In this document: positions 9,119 through 19,072 of the stretch, piece by piece
Numbering within the stretch: the first letter of the stretch is position 1
How the letters are laid out: every line of letters begins with the position of its first letter
Origin: an archaeon
Lineage (GTDB): Archaea > Thermoproteota > Nitrososphaeria > Conexivisphaerales > UBA164
Assembly: GCA_021792955.1 (NCBI GenBank)
Contig: JAJYTP010000002.1
Span: forward strand, 43,575 to 107,574
Length of the DNA stretch: 64,000 nt
Reading direction: 5' to 3'
Program-made: the position numbers and the translations under genes
Notes under the pieces: generated by a model
Told to the model about the DNA's origin: nothing
What the model saw: only the letters and a program-made list of their open reading frames with translations
The model's database searches: none

Positions 9119-10707
9119 GAAGAGCTGAGCGCCTCTACGCCCAGTTTATAGTTATATCCATCGCTCAACGCTCTGGCGCTCGCCTCCAGTATGTTGTCTG
9201 AGACGGCCGCCGTAGCCCATCTATCCTTTCCGTCCCCAAATTCTATTAAAACGCGTACCGATGATGCCGTACCCCTATCGCCGTCAAATACGCCAACCTT
9301 ATAATTAAGAAGCTGAACATCCCTTAGCAATGGGAACTTCCGGAGTACCCCTTTCCTCAGCGCGTTATCAAGCGCGTGGACAGGGCCGACCCCCTTTTCC
9401 CGTTCATACAGGACTTCGTTGTCCACTTTCACTATTACTTCACCTTCAGACTCAACGGTCCTGTTGACGTTCCTGGCAGAAGCCATCCAGTAAAGCATAT
9501 TGAAGGAGTCCCTGTATACACCTCTGTTTTTCAACAGTATGAGCTTGACTGTAGCATCCGCACTTTCAACGGACAGTCCGCCCTTCTCTAGCTCCTTTAC
9601 CTGCGTAAGCGTGTCCGTTATGAGCCTATCCTCCTTATCGACATCCAAGCCTAGGTCTTGCGCGTACTTCAGCACGGCAGCCCTTCCGGCCAGCTCCGAT
9701 ACTACATAGTTTCTAGTATTTCCAATGAGCTCCGGGTCAACATGTTCATATGCACGGCTATCCTTGATCATAGCGTCAACATGAACTCCGCCCTTGTGGG
9801 AGAACGCATATCTGCCAACATATGGCTGATAAGGGTCCGGCGTAATGTTAAGCAGGTCATACACATACGATGATAGCGCTCTTAGTTCCTTCAAGGAGCT
9901 GGGAGAACGCTCATTCCCTCCTATGGCGCTGATGCCCATTTTTAGTTCCAGGCTCGGTATTATCTGGATGATGTCTGCATTGCCACACCTTTCACCTAGC
10001 CCATTTACGGTGCCTTGGATTTGATTAAACCCCTCGCTGGCGGCCAGGAGGGAGTTAGCGACCGCTACTCCGGAATCGTTATGAGCATGGATGCCAAGGT
10101 CCCCCCCTACGTTCTCCTTGATATCCCGAACAACCTTCAGCGCATGCTGGGGCAGGGTGCCACCGTTAGTATCGGCTAGCACTATCGTTCTCGCGCCAGC
10201 CTCCTTCGCAGTTCTTATTGTTGAAATGGCGTACTCACGGTTATCCATATATCCATCAAAGAAATGTTCTGCGTCGTAGATGACCTCCATCCCATGCTTT
10301 CTGAGATATTCTATGGATTCCGATATGATCGTCAGATTATCGTCTGCGGTTATCCTTAGTACCCCCTCTACATGTAACAGCCACGACTTACCGAAAAGAA
10401 CGGCGTACCTGACGTCGGAATCAACTATGCTCCTTAGGCTCGGATCTTCAGCAGACCCCTTTTTCTTTGTAGCCCCAAACGCAGCTATCTTCGAATTCTT
10501 GAAGCTGTAGTCCTTGATCCTTCTGAAGAATTCCAGGTCCTTTGGGTTTGAACCGGGCCAGCCGCCTTCGATGAAACTTACGCCTACCCGATCCAGCCTT
10601 GTCGCTATTTCGATCTTATCCTGAAGGGAAAAGGCGACGCCTGTAGTCTGTGCACCGTCCCTGAGCGTAGTATCAAGTATTTCTATTCTTCTGTTTCCCT
10701 GCATCAT
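9106..10707 (-). CDS. cimA: Citramalate synthase (CimA-type, LeuA family)
   Basis: LDTTLRDGAQ, EGGWPGSNPKD, YDAEHFFDGY, HAHND, GERCGNA, HKGGVH, C-terminal GPVHALD regulatory domain. Confidence 0.87.
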   Translation of the reverse strand: MMQGNRRIEILDTTLRDGAQTTGVAFSLQDKIEIATRLDRVGVSFIEGGWPGSNPKDLEFFRRIKDYSFKNSKIAAFGATKKKGSAEDPSLRSIVDSDVRYAVLFGKSWLLHVEGVLRITADDNLTIISESIEYLRKHGMEVIYDAEHFFDGYMDNREYAISTIRTAKEAGARTIVLADTNGGTLPQHALKVVRDIKENVGGDLGIHAHNDSGVAVANSLLAASEGFNQIQGTVNGLGERCGNADIIQIIPSLELKMGISAIGGNERSPSSLKELRALSSYVYDLLNITPDPYQPYVGRYAFSHKGGVHVDAMIKDSRAYEHVDPELIGNTRNYVVSELAGRAAVLKYAQDLGLDVDKEDRLITDTLTQVKELEKGGLSVESADATVKLILLKNRGVYRDSFNMLYWMASARNVNRTVESEGEVIVKVDNEVLYEREKGVGPVHALDNALRKGVLRKFPLLRDVQLLNYKVGVFDGDRGTASSVRVLIEFGDGKDRWATAAVSDNILEASARALSDGYNYKLGVEALSSSHRR

Positions 10708-10717
10708 CTTACCCTGA

Positions 10718-12370
10718 TCAATCAAGCGGACACCCTTTGCTAGCGGACCCAACCGATGCGGCATACCTTAGCAGCCATTTTGATTTAGTGTTTGGCTTTC
10801 GCCTTTCCCATTTTACGTACCTAAGCCTTAGTTCTTCGACGCTTATCATCAGATCAAGCTTCCTTTGCTTCAGGTTTATCCTTATCAGATCGCCATCCTT
10901 AACCATGGCTATCGGTCCCCCTATGGCGGCCTCCGGTGTAACGTGCGCTATGCAGGGCCCTCTGGTGCCACCGGAAAATCGGCCGTCTGTAATAAGCGCA
11001 ACATGATGATCTAACCCCATCCCTACGACAGCGCTTGTAGGGCTGAGCATCTCCCTCATTCCTGGCCCTCCACGGGGACCTTCGTACCTTATGATGATAA
11101 CGGCACCCTTGGCTATGCGGCCAGCAGTTATTGCTGAATAAGCCTCCTCCTCAGAGTCAAAAGTCACGGCAGGGCCTTCGAACGAGTACTCAGAGTCCCC
11201 CAGCGCCGCTGTCTTGATTACGGCCCCTTCAGGGGCTAGGCTCCCCCTTAGCACGGCTATACCTCCTTCTGAGTGAACCGGCCTATCCAGCGGCCTTATT
11301 ACCTCTTCATCAACGATATTACCCATATTGGCTATATCGCCGATCTTCAGGCCGGATACGCTGTTCTGGGTCAGGTCAAGAAACTTAGCCAGTCTTTTGA
11401 TTATGGCAGGTACTCCACCAGCCCTATGAAGGTCCTCTAACATGTACCTGCCGCCTGGATATATTGGCGCTATATGAGGCACTAACCTCCCTATCCTATC
11501 GAAGTCCTCTAGGCTTATCGCTATATTTCCTTCGTTAGCCGCAGCCAGCAGGTGTATCACCGTATTGGTTGACCCTCCTAGCGCCATATCAACTGTTATA
11601 GCATTTTTCATGGCGCTATCTGTGACCAGCTGCCTTATGGTGGTCCCGCTCCTTATCAGTTCCATGATCGTCCTGCCGGTTCTGTATGCAATATCCCTTC
11701 TTTCTTCAGATGTCGCCAATGCCGTTCCAGCGTAAGGAAGGGAAAGGCCCATGGCCTCAACTATGATGGCCATGCTGTTGGCAGTAAAGAGCCCGCTGCA
11801 GGAGCCCGCCGCAGGGCACGCCACCCTTTCAATCCTCTGCAGCTGGAGCTCATTTATCTTTCCAGCCTTGTACTGGCCGACAGCTTCAAATACATCGATC
11901 AGGCCAATGGATTTATCATCTAGCCTTCCGGCGGCCATAGGCCCGCCAGTCAGCATGACAGTAGGTACGTTGACCCTGATCGCACCCATTAACATACCAG
12001 GTGTTATCTTATCACAGTTGCTAATGGTTATAAGCGCGTCGAATTGGTGGGCATTTACCATAGTTTCAACGGAATCCGCTATGAGCTCCCGTGAAGGAAG
12101 AGAATATTTCATGCCTTCATGGCCCATGGCTATACCATCGTCGACTGCTATTGTATTGAACTCAAAGGGGATCCCACCGGCTTCCCTGACGCCTCTTTTT
12201 ACGTGTTCCACCAGTTCCCGAAGGTGGATATGGCCAGGAACTATCTCTGTAAAGCTGTTTGCAATACCTATGAAGGGCTTATTGAAATCCTCATCCTTTA
12301 GCCCATCGGCTCGTAGTAGAGATCTATGGGGCGCCCTGTCCACACCCTCTTTAACGTTAACGCTTGGCAT
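10718..12370 (-). CDS. ilvD: Dihydroxy-acid dehydratase
   Basis: [53 protein letters not shown]. Confidence 0.97.
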   Translation of the reverse strand: MPSVNVKEGVDRAPHRSLLRADGLKDEDFNKPFIGIANSFTEIVPGHIHLRELVEHVKRGVREAGGIPFEFNTIAVDDGIAMGHEGMKYSLPSRELIADSVETMVNAHQFDALITISNCDKITPGMLMGAIRVNVPTVMLTGGPMAAGRLDDKSIGLIDVFEAVGQYKAGKINELQLQRIERVACPAAGSCSGLFTANSMAIIVEAMGLSLPYAGTALATSEERRDIAYRTGRTIMELIRSGTTIRQLVTDSAMKNAITVDMALGGSTNTVIHLLAAANEGNIAISLEDFDRIGRLVPHIAPIYPGGRYMLEDLHRAGGVPAIIKRLAKFLDLTQNSVSGLKIGDIANMGNIVDEEVIRPLDRPVHSEGGIAVLRGSLAPEGAVIKTAALGDSEYSFEGPAVTFDSEEEAYSAITAGRIAKGAVIIIRYEGPRGGPGMREMLSPTSAVVGMGLDHHVALITDGRFSGGTRGPCIAHVTPEAAIGGPIAMVKDGDLIRINLKQRKLDLMISVEELRLRYVKWERRKPNTKSKWLLRYAASVGSASKGCPLD

Positions 12371-12605
12371 GTTTCAACTGGCGGCATATTGTATAAAAAG
12401 GTTTTTGTGTTTTGGCGGTGACGGCAGGCTTGATCTGGCATTGAGAGAAAACATATGCTGCCCGTAAAGGACGGGCCATAGGGGGGTCTAACATAAAGGG
12501 CTTATTGATCAGCGGGCAGCTACAATAACTTAACCCACAGGTAGAAGTTGGCTAGTTTCATGTATGCCAAAAAAACTTTAAATGCTCACCCATTGATGTC
12601 CAGCT

Positions 12606-13160
12606 ATGCACTTTGAAAGGGGCATCAAGGTGCCCGCCGAAAGGCTTCCGATACTTATAGGTCGGAAGGGCGCCATAAAATCCAAGATCGAGAGGGAGTT
12701 TGGAGTGAAGGTGTCTGTGGACAGTAGGACCTGTGATGTACTGGTAACTACTGACGACCAGCAGGCCGACCTGTACCTCGCGACGCAATTTATAGAAGCG
12801 ATTGGGAAGGGTTTTTCCCCGCAGCGATCTGCAAAGTTGAAAGAGGAAGGGTATGCCCTGGGAACACTTGAATTAAGAAAGTATGTGAATACAAAGGATG
12901 GGCTGTCCAGAATCAAGGGCAGGCTAATAGGTTCCAACGGAATAGTTAGGAAGAACCTTGAGGAGTTGACCGGTACTGAAATATCCATCTACGGGCATTA
13001 TGCGGCTGTCATAGGTGATGTGCAGGGGCTGAAGCTAGCCCTGAACGCACTTGAAGAGCTGGCCAGCGGTAAGAAACACGGTGGAGTTTACTCCAGGCTT
13101 CAGAAGGTTAGGAGCATAAATAAAAGGAAGGGATTGGAACTCTGGGAGGAGCAGTCTTGA
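12606..13160 (+). CDS. KH-domain ribosome biogenesis protein (Dim2/Pno1 family)
   Basis: Two KH motifs LIGRKG and RIKGRLIGSNG; AIGKGFSP; directly upstream of top6B. Confidence 0.9.
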   Translation: MHFERGIKVPAERLPILIGRKGAIKSKIEREFGVKVSVDSRTCDVLVTTDDQQADLYLATQFIEAIGKGFSPQRSAKLKEEGYALGTLELRKYVNTKDGLSRIKGRLIGSNGIVRKNLEELTGTEISIYGHYAAVIGDVQGLKLALNALEELASGKKHGGVYSRLQKVRSINKRKGLELWEEQS

Positions 13161-14677
13161 ACAAAACAGAATTTCAGGAGATATCCCCCAGCGAATTCTT
13201 TTACAGGAACAGGGACCTTGCGGGGTTCAGCAACCCGTCCAGGGCACTATACTCCACAATAAGAGAACTCGTAGAGAATTCCCTGGATGCGTGCGACCTG
13301 TTCTCCATATATCCAAAGGTCTATGTCAGGCTGACGGGGCTTGAGAATCAATCAAAGGAGGATGTTAAGGAATATACGCTTGTGATATCAGATAACGGCT
13401 CAGGTATTCCCAATGAAAAGATACCTCTGGCACTGGGAAAGGTCTTCTTCGGAAGCAAGTTCAAGCTTAAACAATCCAGGGGGATGTTCGGCATGGGTGG
13501 GACCATGAGCATGCTCTATGCCCAGATAACCACCAACAAGCCCATAACCATAACCAGTTCCGTTGATGGGAAGACTTATCACCGCTACAGGATGATTATA
13601 GATATAGAAAAGAACCAGCCCACGGTTCTGGACTACTCCTCAGGCGACTCCAAGGGGTGGAGGGGAACGAGGATCGAATTGAACCTGATGGGGGACTATC
13701 TAAGGTCTGCATCCAGGATAGTTGAATATTTTAACAAGATAGCCTTGGTTACGCCATATGCCGAGATAGCGTTCCTGGATCCTATGGATCGGCTTTTCGT
13801 ATATGCAAAGGGGACTGACCAAATGCCGACTCCTCCGACCGAGGTACTCCCTCATCCTCTGGGGGTGGATGTAGAGGGACTTCGTAGGGCAATAAGGAGC
13901 TGGAAGGGTGGAGGGATAAGGAGTTTCCTTATCAAGAACTTTCACAGGGTGGGCCCCGGCATAGCTGATAAGTTCCTTGAATATGTAATGATAGATCCGA
14001 CAAGGGATCCCAGAACGCTTTCAAGCGAAGAAATGGCCTCCTTAACGAATTCCCTTCAGACGTTCGGCAAGTTCCTCCCGCCGGATGGCAGGTGCCTTTC
14101 TCCGCTTGGCAGGGAGATACTCCTTACCGGAATAAACAAAGAATTGAACCCCGAGTTTGCGGATGTAGCCATAAGGGCGCCTGCGGCTTACGGGGGATTT
14201 CCATTTGTGGTTGAAGTAGGGCTGGCATATGGTGGGCAGATCAAGAGCGATAAATTATTGCTCTTCAGGTTTGCAAACAGGATACCGTTGCTCTATGATG
14301 AGGGAAGCGATATAGCTTGGAAGGTGCTTATGGAGGATATTGACTGGAACCACTATAAGGTGCCCATGGAGTCGCCCCTTGTAATAATCACTCATATATG
14401 CTCAACAAAGATTCCGTATAAGACTGTAGGAAAGGAATATATCTCGGACAGGCCAGAAATAGAAAGGGAGCTTAAGAACGCCATTAAAGAGGTACTGAGG
14501 GGGCTCTCACTGTACCTTGGAAAAAAGAGCAGCATGGAAAACATACAGCGAAAGTATAACATATACGCCAAATATCTCCCTCTGATCGCGCAATTTTCTA
14601 CATCCCTGGCAGATAGAAAGAGGAAGCCCAATATCCAGCTGCTTCTGGGAGAAGGATCTTTGGATATTTTTACGTAA
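13157..14677 (+). CDS. top6B: DNA topoisomerase VI subunit B
   Basis: ELVENSLDA, DNGSGI, QSRGMFGMG, RFANRIPLLY, KIPYKTVGKE. Confidence 0.97.
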   Translation: MNKTEFQEISPSEFFYRNRDLAGFSNPSRALYSTIRELVENSLDACDLFSIYPKVYVRLTGLENQSKEDVKEYTLVISDNGSGIPNEKIPLALGKVFFGSKFKLKQSRGMFGMGGTMSMLYAQITTNKPITITSSVDGKTYHRYRMIIDIEKNQPTVLDYSSGDSKGWRGTRIELNLMGDYLRSASRIVEYFNKIALVTPYAEIAFLDPMDRLFVYAKGTDQMPTPPTEVLPHPLGVDVEGLRRAIRSWKGGGIRSFLIKNFHRVGPGIADKFLEYVMIDPTRDPRTLSSEEMASLTNSLQTFGKFLPPDGRCLSPLGREILLTGINKELNPEFADVAIRAPAAYGGFPFVVEVGLAYGGQIKSDKLLLFRFANRIPLLYDEGSDIAWKVLMEDIDWNHYKVPMESPLVIITHICSTKIPYKTVGKEYISDRPEIERELKNAIKEVLRGLSLYLGKKSSMENIQRKYNIYAKYLPLIAQFSTSLADRKRKPNIQLLLGEGSLDIFT

Positions 14678-14766
14678 GGGTGAATGATATCATATTTTCC
14701 GAAGCAGCGGATGAATTTGCGGGCAGAATAAGGGCCAGATTGCCGTCCTGAAGGTTCACGGGCATT

Positions 14767-14780
14767 AACCTTTTTATAAT
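14767..14780 (+). promoter_or_regulatory. BRE/TATA promoter of top6A
   Basis: AACCTTTTTATAAT ~20-30 nt before ATG 14800. Confidence 0.55.
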
Positions 14781-14799
14781 CGCAAGGAGCAGGCCCCCC

Positions 14800-15876
14800 A
14801 TGAAAGGAGCAGACCGAAAATCCATCGTCAAGGATCAACTACACGAGATGGGGGTTAGGATATATGATCTGCTTGATAGCGGTAAATATCCGGATATCGA
14901 GATGCCCAGCCGCTCCGTAAAGAACATAGAATATGACTCGAAGCTCAGGCAGTATGTGCTGGGGCCCACAAGTGTAAAAAGGAACGCGAAAAACATTAAA
15001 CACATAAGGCCATTTACCCAGTTGGTCTGGTTAGCGTCGTTCAGCAAGGAGCTTCTTTCTAACAGGAAGACATCCACTCTCAGGGATATATTTTATTCGG
15101 CGCAGGCGTACAACATAGACTTCGAAGATCAGAATGAATCAGACGAAGTAATTACCGAGCTCGAGTCCATACTTGGAAAAGCCAGAGAGGATTTTAACGT
15201 CTATCCAGAAGAGCGCAGCGCCATATTTGGGGATCTGACCATCGAGTACACTGTCCCCGGTTATGAAGGTAAACGGCTTGATTTGACATCCCACCCGGAC
15301 GGCGTCATGATAGGACCGGCCCTGACAACCGCTGCGTTCGCACAGACAAACGCCGAAATGGTTTTGGTCATAGAAAAGGGGGCATTATTCACAAGGTTCG
15401 TAGAAGAAAAGGTCTACAAGAAATACAACGCGATATTAATAGATACGGTGGGTCAACCTCCGCGCAGCACCCGTTATATGATAAGGAGGCTCCATGAAGA
15501 ATTAGGATTACCGGTATACGTGTTCACGGACGCGGACCCATGGGGAATGCACATAGCAATGGTGATAATATCAGGTTCCGCCAACGCCGCGCATTTAAGG
15601 GAGTTGACTACGCCGGACGCCAAATGGGCCGGCGTCTGGGCTTCAGATATAAATAAGTATAAACTGCCTCATGACCCTCTCACGGAACTGGACGTAAAAA
15701 GGCTGTTCGAGTTGAAAAGCGACCCGCGTTATGGGGAAAAGCTGTGGAAGGATGAAATGGCCACCTTTTTGAAGTATAAAAAAAAGGCTGAACAGGAGGC
15801 CTTTGCCAGATACGGATTAACTTATATAGTTGATAAATACCTACCCGATAAGCTTAAATTATTAAAGGAGCAATGA
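14800..15876 (+). CDS. top6A: DNA topoisomerase VI subunit A
   Basis: TLRDIFY (catalytic Tyr), VIEKGA, TDADPWG, KKAEQEAF. Confidence 0.97.
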   Translation: MKGADRKSIVKDQLHEMGVRIYDLLDSGKYPDIEMPSRSVKNIEYDSKLRQYVLGPTSVKRNAKNIKHIRPFTQLVWLASFSKELLSNRKTSTLRDIFYSAQAYNIDFEDQNESDEVITELESILGKAREDFNVYPEERSAIFGDLTIEYTVPGYEGKRLDLTSHPDGVMIGPALTTAAFAQTNAEMVLVIEKGALFTRFVEEKVYKKYNAILIDTVGQPPRSTRYMIRRLHEELGLPVYVFTDADPWGMHIAMVIISGSANAAHLRELTTPDAKWAGVWASDINKYKLPHDPLTELDVKRLFELKSDPRYGEKLWKDEMATFLKYKKKAEQEAFARYGLTYIVDKYLPDKLKLLKEQ

Positions 15877-15879
15877 AAC

Positions 15880-16131
15880 ATGAGTTTTGAAAAGATTAAG
15901 GGTCCAACAGCTAAGGTCATCGGGATCATAGCGGTAATAATAGGGGCGTTGATAGTCTATTATGGTTATTTATCATTAAAGAGCGTGAACTTGATACTAG
16001 TGGGTATGTACTACATGGCTGGGGCCCTTGTTATACTGGCCGGCGTGGTAGTGTTAATAGTTAAGATAGATGGCCACTCGGCTGAAGGGTCAACCGGCGC
16101 TTCAGGCACGGAGAAGAAGGGTAAGCCCTAA
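15880..16131 (+). CDS. Small two-TM membrane protein
   Basis: Two hydrophobic segments; starts 3 nt after the top6A stop. Confidence 0.7.
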   Translation: MSFEKIKGPTAKVIGIIAVIIGALIVYYGYLSLKSVNLILVGMYYMAGALVILAGVVVLIVKIDGHSAEGSTGASGTEKKGKP

Positions 16132-16457
16132 AGGTAGAGAAGAAGGGTAAGGCCTAAAATGTACATCACAAACCAGCCCAGAATGAAAATTCCGATCCCA
16201 TGATAGGACCCCTTTTTCATGGTCGCTACCTTCAGAAAGCTATTTGATCGGACCATTATGAAAGACGCCGCGTAGGCGATAACCGGCATGATAAACGCCA
16301 AGTAAGATGACATATGGGCATAAATTACAAAAGCGCTTCCGATTCCTGCTGCTATGGCTAGGATGGACCTTAATAGGTATAGCTTATTTAGCTGTTTGGT
16401 CTTTGCTTCTTCCATGGATTTTTTATCTGACTTGGAACTCTTTTTTTTAGCAGACAA
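16128..16457 (-). CDS. EMC6/Rab5ip-like three-TM membrane protein
   Basis: Lys-rich N-terminus, LYLLRSILAIAAG, C-terminal GIGIFILGWFVMYIL pattern recalled for archaeal EMC6-like proteins. Confidence 0.65.
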   Translation of the reverse strand: MSAKKKSSKSDKKSMEEAKTKQLNKLYLLRSILAIAAGIGSAFVIYAHMSSYLAFIMPVIAYAASFIMVRSNSFLKVATMKKGSYHGIGIFILGWFVMYILGLTLLLYL

Positions 16458-18264
16458 GCTTAACGTACTACTAGCTGGTTCGTACGTTAATAATATTTAC
16501 GGCTTGGGTGAAGACAGGTTTTTACTGGTGACCAGGGGGATGAAGCCCATAGCGGTCAACATAGACCTGAGGTTGGGTATCTGGACTTCGAGCGAAGTTC
16601 AGGTTGAAAGGGTAACCAGTGAACAGACGACAGCCATGAGGAAATTGATAACTGGAAGGCGGATAGACAGCGTGACATCCCCAAAAGGGGAACGCATAGT
16701 TATGTTCGATCTATTTAGGAGCAAGCTCGTCCTGGAGCTCTTTGGCAAGGGAAATATGTTGGTCCTTGATGACGCTTCCGTGATACAGTTCGCGCTAAGG
16801 GAGGAGATATACAGGGACAGGTCGCTGATCAGGGGTAAAACATATTCTCTGCCACCCTCAAGGGGCAGGCCGCTCCTTGACATAACGTCGATGCCGCCGG
16901 ATTTTGAAGCCAACGTTCCGGTGGCCAAGTACCTTGGAACCAGCATTTCGACACCCCGAAAGTTCATAGACGAGCTGCTCTATAGGCTGTCGATCGACCC
17001 CGTCAGGCCGGCCAGTTCCCTCACAGACGAAGAAAGGCGGAATATAATAGCGGAAGCTATAGAAATGACGGAGGAGGTCCGGCGGTCTGATACGATATAT
17101 ATTTACAGGGACGATTTACATAGACCCTCTGCGCTCTCCTTTATCAGGCTTAATCATCTTGGCGAAGGGGAAATGATTAATGGGGTACTCCATGGCCTGG
17201 AAACGGTATTTTCAGGCCTCTCGGTGGGGGAGGAGGCTAGAGAGGAGGGACATCGTAGAGCTGAAATAGAAGCTCAAAGGAAGGCCCTGTCGATTCACCT
17301 TGAAAAGGGGCGAACGCTTCGTGAATTGGCGAGTGCAATGATGGCCGGCGAAACGTCAAAGGTGGCGGATATAGCCAGCAAGGCCGGCTATATGATAGAT
17401 GGAGGAAAGCTATCCATTGACAACATTGTAGTAAATCTTGAGAACACGTCGAGCGCCGCTTCGAGGATATACGACTTGGCAAAGGACGTTGAAGCTGGTT
17501 CTCATAAGCTTGAAGCGGCCATAAATAGGCTGGAGAGTTCGATGCCGGTTACGAAGAAGGCTAAGGTTAAGGTCCTCAGGGCTAAGAAGTGGTACGAAAG
17601 CTTCAGGTGGTTTTATACGTCTGACGGATTGTTTATCATAGGCGGAAGGGATGCCAGCGGCAATATCACGCTGCTCAAGAAGAGGCTCGAGGCTGGTGAC
17701 CTTGTATTCCACGCTGATGTTCCGGGCTCGCCATTCTTTATACTAAGGGGTAAACCTTCAGAAATATCAAAGATTGAAGTAGCGACAGCAACTATTTCAT
17801 TCAGCAGGGCTTGGAGGGAAGGACTCCTCGCTGGTGATGTTTATTATGTGGACGCGGCCCAGGTCAGTAACACCGCGCCATCGGGCCAGTTTCTGGCTCA
17901 CGGTAGTGCTATGATCTATGGTAAAAAGGAGTTCATAAAGGGGCTCAAGTTGGATCTGGGGGTTGGAGCCTTTGATGATGACGGGACTATGAAAGCCTAC
18001 TGTTCACCTATAACCAGCGCTGATAGGTATTGCGATTACTACGTGGAAATAGTGCCGGGCAGGCTTTCGCAGGCGACCGTTGCTAAGAAGGTCTATCACA
18101 TGTTGGTTGAAAACTATCATGACAGCACCCCCTCCATTGAGGATATCCAACGCTGCCTGCCTGCCGGCAACTCCGATATCCTGGGCTTGAGAAGAGGTAG
18201 ACACACAGGGGGTAATGGTCAAGTAGGGGAACGCCATACGCCCGTTGATCTACGTAATGCATAG
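16414..18264 (+). CDS. rqc2: Rqc2/NEMF (NFACT) ribosome quality-control protein
   Basis: NFACT-N (VNNIY, ERIV, LELFGKGN) and NFACT-R (WYESFRWF..SDG..IIGGRDA, FHADVPGSP, FSRAW); ATG 16414 fits the family N-terminus. Confidence 0.9.
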   Translation: MDFLSDLELFFLADKLNVLLAGSYVNNIYGLGEDRFLLVTRGMKPIAVNIDLRLGIWTSSEVQVERVTSEQTTAMRKLITGRRIDSVTSPKGERIVMFDLFRSKLVLELFGKGNMLVLDDASVIQFALREEIYRDRSLIRGKTYSLPPSRGRPLLDITSMPPDFEANVPVAKYLGTSISTPRKFIDELLYRLSIDPVRPASSLTDEERRNIIAEAIEMTEEVRRSDTIYIYRDDLHRPSALSFIRLNHLGEGEMINGVLHGLETVFSGLSVGEEAREEGHRRAEIEAQRKALSIHLEKGRTLRELASAMMAGETSKVADIASKAGYMIDGGKLSIDNIVVNLENTSSAASRIYDLAKDVEAGSHKLEAAINRLESSMPVTKKAKVKVLRAKKWYESFRWFYTSDGLFIIGGRDASGNITLLKKRLEAGDLVFHADVPGSPFFILRGKPSEISKIEVATATISFSRAWREGLLAGDVYYVDAAQVSNTAPSGQFLAHGSAMIYGKKEFIKGLKLDLGVGAFDDDGTMKAYCSPITSADRYCDYYVEIVPGRLSQATVAKKVYHMLVENYHDSTPSIEDIQRCLPAGNSDILGLRRGRHTGGNGQVGERHTPVDLRNA

Positions 18265-18275
18265 GGTGGCTACAG

Positions 18276-18953
18276 GTGAATTCGATATTCCAAGAGGAGA
18301 TAACGGCGTGCAACAGGTGCTCAAGGCTGGTCAAATATAGAACGCAGGTGCCACCAGCAAAGAGGTTCGAGCATTATAACTACTGGAGGAAACCGGTGGC
18401 AGGTTTCGGTGATCCGCAGGCAAAGCTGCTCATAGTTGGCTTGGCGCCATCGGCTCATGGGGGGAACAGGACGGGCAGGGTTTTTACAGGTGATGAGTCC
18501 GGTCGCTTCCTGTTTTCAGCCCTTTACAGGGCCGGGCTTTCCAGTTCGCCGTCCTCTGAGGAAAGGGGTGATGGAATGACCTTACATGGTGTATATATTA
18601 CCGCGATAGTCAAGTGCGCTCCGCCTGCAAACAAACCACTAACTATTGAAGCAGAAACATGTATCGACAATTTTTTTCGCCGGGAGCTCGATGCGCTCAA
18701 GCCGAAGGCCATACTCGCCCTAGGCGGGTTTGCGTACATGTGGACCATTAAGGCCCTTGCAAAGAATGGCGTTGACACGTCATCAGCAGGCCGGTTTGGC
18801 CATGGGGAGGCTTACAGGGTTGGCGATGACGGCCCATGGATCATCTGCTCATACCATCCATCACCTCAAAATACCTATACGGGTACCCTTACGGCCGAAA
18901 TGTTTCTATTGACGCTTTTGAAGGCGTATGAACTTTCGGTTAATGTCGGGTGA
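18276..18953 (+). CDS. Uracil-DNA glycosylase family 5 (UdgB, 4Fe-4S)
   Basis: CNRCSRL, GLAPSAHGGNRTGRVFTGDESG, KCAPPANKP, SYHPSPQNT. Confidence 0.93.
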   Translation: MNSIFQEEITACNRCSRLVKYRTQVPPAKRFEHYNYWRKPVAGFGDPQAKLLIVGLAPSAHGGNRTGRVFTGDESGRFLFSALYRAGLSSSPSSEERGDGMTLHGVYITAIVKCAPPANKPLTIEAETCIDNFFRRELDALKPKAILALGGFAYMWTIKALAKNGVDTSSAGRFGHGEAYRVGDDGPWIICSYHPSPQNTYTGTLTAEMFLLTLLKAYELSVNVG

Positions 18954-19072
18954 TAAAGGAGTACAGCGGATCGGAAGGAACCGTGCGGGGCCAGTGAACG
19001 CCTTGCTTTAAATCGAGACGCAATACTCCTGAAAAGATGAAGGTCGCATGCTTTCGATTGTGCTGTTAAAAG

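Noticed and set aside
11751-12467. 238-aa plus-strand ORF antisense to ilvD, and the many similar shadow ORFs in the track
   Set aside because: They lie opposite well-conserved genes, have Ser/Pro/Ile-rich antisense composition and carry no motifs
14681-14765. Possible C/D box sRNA between top6B and top6A
   Set aside because: Box motifs are too degenerate (no clean RUGAUGA/CUGA pair); the spacer is explained by a short hairpin and the top6A promoter
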